From NCBI GenBank assembly GCA_963663405.2, contig CAXXSM010000063.1, positions 1-16,896 on the forward strand: 16,896 nt of DNA. Reading direction: 5' to 3'. Both the position numbers and the translations under genes were made by a program. The notes beneath the pieces were generated by a model. It saw only the letters and a list, made by a program, of their open reading frames with translations. It ran no database searches and had not been told where the DNA came from. Positions 9,902 through 16,896 of the stretch are shown here, piece after piece. This DNA comes from a bacterium (lineage in GTDB: Bacteria > Hinthialibacterota > Hinthialibacteria > Hinthialibacterales > Hinthialibacteraceae). The stretch's first letter is position 1. Each line of letters starts with the position of its first letter.

Positions 9902-11074
9902 ATGAACATTCTAAAAATCCTACTTATTGCATTACTCGTCACCACAACAAGCCTAGTATTCTCACAATCCCTGGAATTAACCGATAGGGATATAGGATTC
10001 ACGCACGTAGTTACGATTGACAAAGAAAGCGCCTCCATTGTTTCAAATACCAAAACAAATCTAAAAGCAGGTTTTGGTGATTCCCATTCAACAATTAATG
10101 ATAATGGTATTATATTTTCTGATGGGAACCTTATTAAAAAAATGAATGATAGTATCAGTTATTCGTATTTATCGAATATTCCAAATACAATTTATAATCC
10201 TAAATTTTTAACTGAAAATCAGATATTAAGTTATTGGAAAACGGACAGTCAATATCAGAGGACATTATTTTTCTATGATATTGAACGAGAAAATATTATC
10301 AATACATTCTCATTTAGTTATTCACTACCGGAAAGAATAGATATGCCCACAATCAGCCGTGACGGTTCAACAGTTGCAATGACCATGGATCATTTACTGA
10401 CTTTGTTTGAATACATTAACGGTGCCTTTGTCAAAGTGGAGGGGATTGGTCCTTTTGGTGCTTTATCGAATCTTACAATTTCTAAATATGGGAAAAGAGT
10501 ATTTCATTACATTCATATTATAGATCAAATTTCATATGTTGAAAAGAAAGAGGGAATTTGGTTAAACAAAACTAATATTTTAACACCTCGTTTAAATATC
10601 GATGGGCAGGAGAAGCCACTTAAATTGGTTGATATTGCTAATGATGGGAAAACCATACTTACCAAGACGACCTATTGGCCTTTGGAGAGACAGTATATCG
10701 CGCTGATCCACGAAGAAGATGGAAAGTGGGGGGAACCTGAATTGGTCGGCGATTATTATCTGCCTCCTACTGATGGGCCTGTATATAAGGCTTTTGTATA
10801 TACTTCAGAGGACGCCCGAGTGATCGCCGTTCGGCAGCCAATAGTCAGTTCCCACGTCTGGCCCGGGGAAATAGTCGTGGTTTCTTATGATATCTTTGTG
10901 TTTATCAAGGACAATAAGGGACAATGGGATAAGTTTCAGGTCAATCCATCAGACGTCCCCGCCGATCTGGCGAGTGACATTCTCCTCTCCCCCAACGGCG
11001 AAACATTGTATTGGGTTCCCGCCACCGCCGATTCAACTATGTCAGGAATCCCCAATGGGGATCTATACGAGTAA
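9902..11074 (+). CDS. Exported TolB/WD40-like beta-propeller protein, paralog C (intact)
   Basis: RBS AAGGA and signal peptide MNILKILLIALLVTTTSLVFS. Blade motifs ISRDGS, ISKYGK, IANDGK, TSEDAR and LSPNGE. Confidence 0.85.
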   Translation: MNILKILLIALLVTTTSLVFSQSLELTDRDIGFTHVVTIDKESASIVSNTKTNLKAGFGDSHSTINDNGIIFSDGNLIKKMNDSISYSYLSNIPNTIYNPKFLTENQILSYWKTDSQYQRTLFFYDIERENIINTFSFSYSLPERIDMPTISRDGSTVAMTMDHLLTLFEYINGAFVKVEGIGPFGALSNLTISKYGKRVFHYIHIIDQISYVEKKEGIWLNKTNILTPRLNIDGQEKPLKLVDIANDGKTILTKTTYWPLERQYIALIHEEDGKWGEPELVGDYYLPPTDGPVYKAFVYTSEDARVIAVRQPIVSSHVWPGEIVVVSYDIFVFIKDNKGQWDKFQVNPSDVPADLASDILLSPNGETLYWVPATADSTMSGIPNGDLYE

Positions 11075-11092
11075 GGAGAAGAATTCGCGTAG

Positions 11093-11157
11093 AGATGTAA
11101 TATAGTCTAAATACCGGCGCTCGCGCCGGAGCCTTAAGCGAAGCATAGGGCGCCAAT
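11093..11157. repeat. REP-like intergenic element, copy 2
   Basis: AGATGTA..CTAAATA, CCGGCG-ctcg-CGCCGG hairpin (11114-11129), then GCCTTA-a-GCGAAGC-a-TAGGGC hairpin and GCCAAT. Lies between convergent genes. Confidence 0.8.
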
Positions 11158-11189
11158 GTTTTACAAAGAAAAGACATCCCTTGCATACC

Positions 11190-12212
11190 TCACTCATAAC
11201 ACTCCCACGTCCCCACAGTCGATGTCAATGGCGTATCATAAACATAGATCATATTCTCAACGGTAGCGACGTAGAGTTTACTTCCATCCGGAGAAAACAC
11301 AGCGGCGGTCATCGGTTCGGGAACAGACACGTTCTGCGCGATTCGAAGCGAATCAACATGCACAATCGCCGGCTCCCCCTCCCACTCCGTAAACATGTAA
11401 GTATCCCCAGGCGAAAAAGCGGCTACCTTATCGGCAGGGAGTTGTTCAAAGGTATGTGTGTCAATGAGTTTTAAGGAGGTATTTATGTAAAGTACTTCCC
11501 AACTATCCTGTACAGATACAACATCCCCTACATGTTTCACTTTCAAGTAACGCCCAGAATGTTTAAAACTCAAATCAATAATGTATATATCGCAACCTTC
11601 AAATTTCTCATATAGGTTTCTTACATCTTGTTTCTCACCATTATTCAAAGTCCAAAAAGTAATATAATGATAGGTTGATGTATATCGTCTTTCATACTCG
11701 TCTGTCACTTCTGTGACAATGCCACCTACCAAGTTTTCTTCATCCGATATAACGGCGAATTTTAAACATTTTTCATAGGTCGCATCCATTCCTTCAACAG
11801 TACCATGTGGAACATACGAGTCTTCCAATATAAGGGGATTACCGTTTTTTTCAATCGATTCACAGTTTGTAATCGTTTCGGAGTCAAATATTATAGGAGT
11901 GTGGCCTGTAGAATATTCATTTATAACAATTCCATTTTCAATATCCCAATAGATATACTTCGCTTTCTGAACAGTTTGAACACAGTCTTCGCCACCAGAT
12001 GGAGGCACAATCCAAAGTGATATAACGTTGAAAGTCTCATTTTCAAAAAAAAGTTTGTATATACCTGAAAACCAGTTCAAATCTTCGTTTTGTATAACAT
12101 GATTTTTAAAATCGATTGCTTTCACAGGCAGATTCACTGTGGAAGCGTTTCCGAATTGAGATAGAGAAAACATGAAACATATTATCATGATTACCTTTTT
12201 TAAATGTAACAT
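11190..12212 (-). CDS. Secreted protein with C-terminal WD40/YVTN-like blades, tandem paralog 1
   Basis: Signal peptide ends SQFGNA and RBS AGGAAAG is present. AAFSPGD and AAVFSPDGSKLYVA blade motifs. Ends TSTVGTWECYE. Confidence 0.85.
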   Translation of the reverse strand: MLHLKKVIMIICFMFSLSQFGNASTVNLPVKAIDFKNHVIQNEDLNWFSGIYKLFFENETFNVISLWIVPPSGGEDCVQTVQKAKYIYWDIENGIVINEYSTGHTPIIFDSETITNCESIEKNGNPLILEDSYVPHGTVEGMDATYEKCLKFAVISDEENLVGGIVTEVTDEYERRYTSTYHYITFWTLNNGEKQDVRNLYEKFEGCDIYIIDLSFKHSGRYLKVKHVGDVVSVQDSWEVLYINTSLKLIDTHTFEQLPADKVAAFSPGDTYMFTEWEGEPAIVHVDSLRIAQNVSVPEPMTAAVFSPDGSKLYVATVENMIYVYDTPLTSTVGTWECYE

Positions 12213-12234
12213 TGTTCTTTCCTATTTACGGTTT

Positions 12235-12299
12235 AGATGTATGGTGGGCTAAACACCGGCGTTAGCGCCGGAGCCTTAAGCGAAGAGTTGGGCGCCAAT
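12235..12299. repeat. REP-like intergenic element, copy 3
   Basis: AGATGTA..GGGCTAAACA-CCGGCG-ttag-CGCCGG-AGCCTTAAGCGAAGAGTTGGGCGCCAAT. Offset 1142 bp from copy 2, the same offset as between the paralog stop codons. Confidence 0.8.
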
Positions 12300-12331
12300 A
12301 TTTTACAAAGAAAAGACACCCCTTGCATACC

Positions 12332-13363
12332 TCACTCATAACACTCCCACGTCCCCGCCGTGGATGTCAGCGGCGTATCATAAACATAGATCATATTCTC
12401 AACCGTCGCGACGTAGAGTTTACTTCCATCCGGAGAAAACACAGCGGCGGTCATCGGTTCGGGAACGGACACCTTCTGCGCCACACGAAGCGAATCAACA
12501 TGCACAATCGCCGGCTCCCCCTCCCATTCGGTGAACATGTAGGTATCCCCAGGCGAAAAAGCGGCGACTCGGTCGGCGGGAAGTTGTTCAAAAGTATGTG
12601 TGTCAATAAGTTTAACTGATGTAGGAACATAGATCAGTACTCCTCCATTCGGCACATAAACAGCTTTCCCTAAATGTTTCACTTTCAAGTAACGCCCAGA
12701 ATGCTTAAAACTCAAATCAATAATGTATATATCACAAATTATTAGTTCTTCTTCAAGGTATCTTTGATATTGTTTCTCGCCATCTTCTAAAGACCAAAAA
12801 GTAATAATGCGATAGTCGGAGATAAAACCAATTTCGTTATCATCAGTAACCTCGGCGATAATACCTCCAACCAGGTTTTCCTCGTTCGATACGACTGCAA
12901 ATTTTAAACATTTTTCGTAAGTTATATAATATGTTCCTTCTATATCATGACGCGGCACATAGGAATCTTCTAATACAAGAGAACGACCATCCACATCAAT
13001 CGCTTCACAGTTAGAAATCGTTTTAGAGTCAAACAAGACTGGATTATAACTCGTAGTGTTTTGATCGGCTACAACTCCATTTTCTAAATCCCAATTGATA
13101 ATTTTTCCTTCAGAAACAGTTTGAACAGAACGGCCTTCGCCACCAGATGGAGGTATGATAGAAAGGGATATGACATTAAAACTGTCATTTTCAAAAAACA
13201 GTTCGTAAATACCCGAAGAAAACCAATTTGGTTTTTCAATTTTTATAACATGATTTGTAAAATCTATTTCTTTCACAGGCATATTCACTGTGGAAGCGTT
13301 TCCGAATTGAGACATAGAAATAACAGAACATACAATCAAGAATATCTTTGTTATATTGAACAT
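12332..13363 (-). CDS. Secreted protein with C-terminal WD40/YVTN-like blades, tandem paralog 2
   Basis: Start placed at 13363 (MFNITKIFLIVC..SQFGNA) because the upstream AGGAAAGAACAATG is identical to paralog 1. Colinear with paralog 1. Ends TSTAGTWECYE. Confidence 0.85.
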   Translation of the reverse strand: MFNITKIFLIVCSVISMSQFGNASTVNMPVKEIDFTNHVIKIEKPNWFSSGIYELFFENDSFNVISLSIIPPSGGEGRSVQTVSEGKIINWDLENGVVADQNTTSYNPVLFDSKTISNCEAIDVDGRSLVLEDSYVPRHDIEGTYYITYEKCLKFAVVSNEENLVGGIIAEVTDDNEIGFISDYRIITFWSLEDGEKQYQRYLEEELIICDIYIIDLSFKHSGRYLKVKHLGKAVYVPNGGVLIYVPTSVKLIDTHTFEQLPADRVAAFSPGDTYMFTEWEGEPAIVHVDSLRVAQKVSVPEPMTAAVFSPDGSKLYVATVENMIYVYDTPLTSTAGTWECYE

Positions 13364-13396
13364 TGTTCTTTCCTTTCCAATATACATATTCAAATT

Positions 13397-13430
13397 AACG
13401 AGTGGATGGAAAACTTACCATCCACTCGTT
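13397..13430 (-). terminator. Perfect 13-bp stem-loop (terminator, attenuator or mRNA-stabilising hairpin)
   Basis: AACGAGTGGATGG, 8-nt loop, CCATCCACTCGTT, 11 nt downstream of the 13442 stop. The U tail is weak. Confidence 0.6.
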
Positions 13431-13441
13431 TCAATCGTTAA

Positions 13442-15508
13442 TTAATTGTCAATAAATTGTATTATTGCTCTCCAGGTTCCATTATTGATTGGATAATCTT
13501 TATCATACCATCTAAAGTACATTTTATTATACTCAGTGGTCGATCGATCTTCACCTCCAGAACCAATTAATGAAACATATTTAGCGTACTTATAATGATC
13601 TGGAGATGCTGATCTAAGAATGTCTCTAGAAAGTATAATCATTAAACCATCATCAAAACTGACAGGATCTGTTGAGGTATGAACTATAACACCATGTGTA
13701 TATTCATCACCAAGTCCTCCATCACAAATTATCATATACTTATTGAGATAATTGTTATAGCTTACCATTGGAGCATATCGCCAATCGTGAGGGCTATCGG
13801 CTTGATCTGTTCTAAAAACACCACTTAATTCAGCGTTGTATAAACCACTGCAATCACCACCAATACCTGCTTCAGTCCAATTCGATGCGGAATACCAAAG
13901 ACTATTCACTTCCTTAAATTTAAACCAAGGATTCGATTGAGACGAATAGTTTGCTAAATTAACTTCATTTTTTAAAGCGCGCGCAACTGAGATTATTGGG
14001 ATTCGTCTCATTGGATTACTGCCATTAACAATACTCCATGTTGTAAAATAAAGATAATAATAGTAACCTATAGGAATAACGGATGGTTGACCACAACCCC
14101 AAATATTATGTGACTGCATTCCGATAATGTTTTCTTCATCGATTTTGTACTTAATAATTGGTAAACCAGAAGTACTATACATTTTATCAAAGGTTCGTCC
14201 AAAATCGTTATCCGACACTGTCGAACGAGCATAACCAATACTGGCATATGTTTTACCATGTTCATCACCACTTCCATCATCTTCGAATTGAAAATGGTCT
14301 TCCGCATGGAAAAACGCATGGATCACTTTATCACTATCTGACAATGTATCATATACAATTGAGGATATATCCACATGATGGTCGTCAAAATCACGCGAGG
14401 CGTCACCACTAGGTGAAAGAACCGCAACAGCAGAATCATCCTCAATTAAGATGGCAGCGGTCACTTCCGCGACAGACGCCGAGTACAAATTCTTTGATGG
14501 ATTATCGATAAAATCAAACATTCGCGTACTCGCGCCATACTCCCATTCAGGAGAATCCACACCATGATGCTCCGTAGTCAAAATGGCGGAGAAATACCCT
14601 ACATACCGTGTCGCATAATCAATGTTCGCTGGTATGATTGTCGAACTAATTGGGATATCGATTGGATTCCCTAAATCCGCATAATGATCCTGCATCCTTA
14701 ATATCTGTTCAAATACTGTCGGATTCGCAATGGTTGCGGATGCAACTTTCGAACGAGCGGGACGAATTGTTTTTCCTTGAATACGAAAAGATGACACTTT
14801 TTCAGGTTTGCCTATCTCAAACCAATAATCAGAACTGACAAGTTTAGATGTGTACCACTCGGCGGTGATAGTTTCAGGAGTGATCACCTCTTTCCCACCA
14901 ATGTTTTGATAAGCGGGGACAACTCGCGTAACCAAACTCAGCCGCGCTTTTTTACCCGCCCACTCGCTCAAGTTAAGCAAAAAAGCCCGATTGCTTGTAT
15001 TCGCCTTTTCGATGGAATTTTTTCCACCCTCAAACACAGCGGCCCGCTCCCATTGCCCTTTGGATTCAATTTCCAGTTCAACGGCGGTCACGACATCTTT
15101 ACTGTCACCTTCCACCACCTTGGCGGAACCTCGAAATTGTATATATCGCCCCTTTGGCAAATCGACGACATACTGTCCCCGGACACCATACTCACCTTTA
15201 TCCTTAGTCACCTGCGCCCGGACATTCAACACATCTCCTTCGTAGGTTCCAACCATCGGATCGTTTGTGTGCACAGTGACAGTGCGCATATCCAATCCAT
15301 TCGGCTCCCCTGATTTCAGATCCGGCGTAAGGCGCTGATTGGACAGGGTAACCCATTCCGCATTAGCTCGTTCTTTGATACAGTCCAAAATAACCCACGC
15401 GCCCGATTTTTCCTGCGCCTGGATTTCCGGTATTGCGACTACACAGAACGCAATAATAATTACATTGACAGCGACAATCTTTTTTGTAACGCTTTGTATC
15501 GAATTCAT
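13442..15508 (-). CDS. Secreted protein: N-terminal beta-sandwich (possibly carbohydrate-binding) plus C-terminal five-bladed-propeller glycoside-hydrolase-like domain
   Basis: RBS AAGGAG and signal peptide ending EIQA. FFHAED, SIGYARS..DFGRTFDK, GCGQPSVI..YYYLYFT and PMVSYNNYLNKYMII resemble GH43/GH32-fold propellers. Family not assignable by eye. Confidence 0.7.
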   Translation of the reverse strand: MNSIQSVTKKIVAVNVIIIAFCVVAIPEIQAQEKSGAWVILDCIKERANAEWVTLSNQRLTPDLKSGEPNGLDMRTVTVHTNDPMVGTYEGDVLNVRAQVTKDKGEYGVRGQYVVDLPKGRYIQFRGSAKVVEGDSKDVVTAVELEIESKGQWERAAVFEGGKNSIEKANTSNRAFLLNLSEWAGKKARLSLVTRVVPAYQNIGGKEVITPETITAEWYTSKLVSSDYWFEIGKPEKVSSFRIQGKTIRPARSKVASATIANPTVFEQILRMQDHYADLGNPIDIPISSTIIPANIDYATRYVGYFSAILTTEHHGVDSPEWEYGASTRMFDFIDNPSKNLYSASVAEVTAAILIEDDSAVAVLSPSGDASRDFDDHHVDISSIVYDTLSDSDKVIHAFFHAEDHFQFEDDGSGDEHGKTYASIGYARSTVSDNDFGRTFDKMYSTSGLPIIKYKIDEENIIGMQSHNIWGCGQPSVIPIGYYYYLYFTTWSIVNGSNPMRRIPIISVARALKNEVNLANYSSQSNPWFKFKEVNSLWYSASNWTEAGIGGDCSGLYNAELSGVFRTDQADSPHDWRYAPMVSYNNYLNKYMIICDGGLGDEYTHGVIVHTSTDPVSFDDGLMIILSRDILRSASPDHYKYAKYVSLIGSGGEDRSTTEYNKMYFRWYDKDYPINNGTWRAIIQFIDN

Positions 15509-15688
15509 TGTTTTTCTCCTTAAATATCGTTTCGTTCATTACCCTTAACGAGATTTCTTATTCCGAAACGGCCACCCTTCAAACGAACAATCTAAGGAGG
15601 TTTGTATTTATACGGCTGCCCAATCCCCCCATCCAACCGCTTGTCAAACAACGAACGGATGGACCAGGCATGGAAAGGCGGAATGATC

Positions 15689-15717
15689 TTGACACGAACC
15701 GCCTTCCGCTCTATTCT
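15689..15717 (+). promoter_or_regulatory. Near-consensus sigma70 promoter
   Basis: TTGACA (15689-15694), 17-nt spacer, TATTCT (15712-15717). The -35 box is flanked by an imperfect inverted repeat GGAAAGGCGG/CCGCCTTCC. Confidence 0.6.
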
Positions 15718-15723
15718 GCGAAT

Positions 15724-15805
15724 AGAAAAAGGTTCATTCATGGTGAGTCTTTTTCGTCCCGGCGCGCGTCAAACGGTTCCTAGGCCACTGGTGCGCGCCT
15801 TTTTT
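15724..15805 (+). ncRNA. Candidate small RNA of about 80 nt (two hairpins, intrinsic terminator)
   Basis: Begins about 7 nt after the -10 box. Hairpin 1 is GAAAAAG..CTTTTTC (15725-15755). Hairpin 2 is GGCGCGCGTCA..TGGTGCGCGCC (15761-15799) followed by T6. No credible + strand gene follows. Confidence 0.45.
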
Positions 15806-16045
15806 ATATTACCAACTAGACGCTAACGAAATAACATTTCATTTAATTTATCCTCGCAACTAAATAACTTAAAACAATAGGATGAACAAGAAGGATTTAG
15901 TAAGAAAACCGAACTTCACAAACACTATAGGTGAAAAATTAATGAATGTCAACTAAAAAAGAAAAAAAATCATTTAAAAAATATTACACCATTGCACAAT
16001 ATAACACAAAAGAATAGAATTAATTGTAAAAATAGAGTCCAGGAT

Positions 16046-16896
16046 TCAAACCAACTCCACCGGATACCCCTCCGCGCTGATCGCGGCGATGATCTCTTGG
16101 ACGTGGTCTTTTCCCTTGGTTTCCAAGGTGATATCGAGGAAAGTTTTACCCATCGGGGCGTTCATGAAGGAACGATTGTGGTAGACTTCGAGAACATTGG
16201 CGCGCTGCTTGGCGATCGCCGTGGAGATCACCGCCAACTGGCCGGGATGATCGAGCATTTCGATACGCAGACGAACCATCCGCCCATCTTTGATCAAACC
16301 ACGTTCAATGATGCGGGACAGAATATTGATATCAATATTCCCGCCGGACAGAAGCAAGACCACCCGTTTATCCTTCAATGGAAGATCCCGGTAACTCAGC
16401 GCGGCGAGTGGAGCGGCGCCGGCGCCTTCAACCAACGTTTTTTCAATCTCCAAAAGCAGCATAATCGAAGCGGCGATCTCTTCCTCATCAACAAGAAAGA
16501 TATCGTCCACATAATTCTGAATCAGTGGAAATGTTAAATGCCCCACACTTTTCACCGCGATTCCATCCGCAAGGCTCGCCGAAGGTTTCAATGGAATAAT
16601 CCGCCCCGCGTCAATCGAGGCTTTCATCGCAGGCGCGACCTTGGCCTGCACGCCATAAATCTTGCACGACGGATATTTCTCCTTGATCGCGATTGAAATC
16701 CCGGAAATCAACCCCCCGCCCCCGATCGGAACCAAAACCGCGTCCGGCTGGATGTCATCTTCGATAATCTCCAAACCAATCGTCCCCTGCCCCGCAATGA
16801 TCTTCTCATCGTCAAATGCATGGATAAAAATCATGTTCCGCTGACGCTGCCGCAGGACCGCTTCTTCATACGCCTCATCATAAGTTGCGCCCATAA
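16046..16896 (-). CDS. ilvA: Threonine ammonia-lyase (PLP-dependent) with a single C-terminal ACT domain, 5'-partial
   Basis: FIHAFDD..IAGQGTIGLEI, VPIGGGGLISG, SLADGIAVK, VEGAGAAPLAA, LSGGNID and the ACT motif DHPGQL..ANVLEVYHNR. Confidence 0.95.
   Translation of the reverse strand, partial: MGATYDEAYEEAVLRQRQRNMIFIHAFDDEKIIAGQGTIGLEIIEDDIQPDAVLVPIGGGGLISGISIAIKEKYPSCKIYGVQAKVAPAMKASIDAGRIIPLKPSASLADGIAVKSVGHLTFPLIQNYVDDIFLVDEEEIAASIMLLLEIEKTLVEGAGAAPLAALSYRDLPLKDKRVVLLLSGGNIDINILSRIIERGLIKDGRMVRLRIEMLDHPGQLAVISTAIAKQRANVLEVYHNRSFMNAPMGKTFLDITLETKGKDHVQEIIAAISAEGYPVELV

Noticed and set aside
11093-12299. Integron attC sites
   Set aside because: No clear RYYYAAC...GTTRRRY boxes, no single long imperfect hairpin, and no integron integrase in the window.
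678-12299. CRISPR array
   Set aside because: Only three copies, kilobases apart, with no spacer periodicity and no cas genes.
11181-12619. Paired + strand ORFs 11181-11474 and 12323-12619
   Set aside because: Antisense shadows of the duplicated 3' ends of the - strand paralogs; the duplication explains their similarity.
11190-13363. Diversity-generating retroelement template/variable repeat pair
   Set aside because: There is no reverse transcriptase in the window. Both copies are full genes, and their differences are not adenine-specific and are largely synonymous in the conserved 3' part.
15509-15840. Known riboswitch in the leader of the 15508 gene, and short ORFs 15508-15783 and 15602-15826
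   Set aside because: I could not find c-di-GMP, cobalamin, TPP or SAM core motifs by eye. The ORFs start with TTG, have no recognisable protein features and cross the promoter and terminator signals.
15992-16537. 181-aa + strand ORF
   Set aside because: Antisense shadow of ilvA with no recognisable motifs.

Overview
The window holds two GC-rich housekeeping genes, both cut off by the window edges: nfi (endonuclease V, + strand, left) and an ACT-domain threonine ammonia-lyase (ilvA, - strand, right). Between them lies a more AT-rich accessory region of about 15 kb that encodes almost only exported proteins. The + strand block (about 1.0-11.1 kb) is organised like a polymorphic effector/cognate-partner array. 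It starts with one large secreted gene (signal peptide, WapA/RHS-like N-terminus without RHS repeats, DNRLRE-like domain, Pro/Thr linker, GH clan-A-like C-terminus) followed by two beta-propeller genes. Two N-terminally truncated orphan C-terminal modules follow, each with its own downstream partner gene. The block is bounded by direct copies of a REP-like element, and a 30-bp remnant of a - strand paralog family sits at its left edge. The - strand block holds two tandem mosaic paralogs ending in TWECYE and a secreted propeller-type hydrolase-like protein. Upstream of that gene is a promoter-to-terminator unit that looks like an antisense small RNA. About 8 frameshifts cluster in 1.0-6.2 kb, mostly at homopolymers; these could be sequencing error or real decay. 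All family assignments come from motif recognition by eye, with no database searches.
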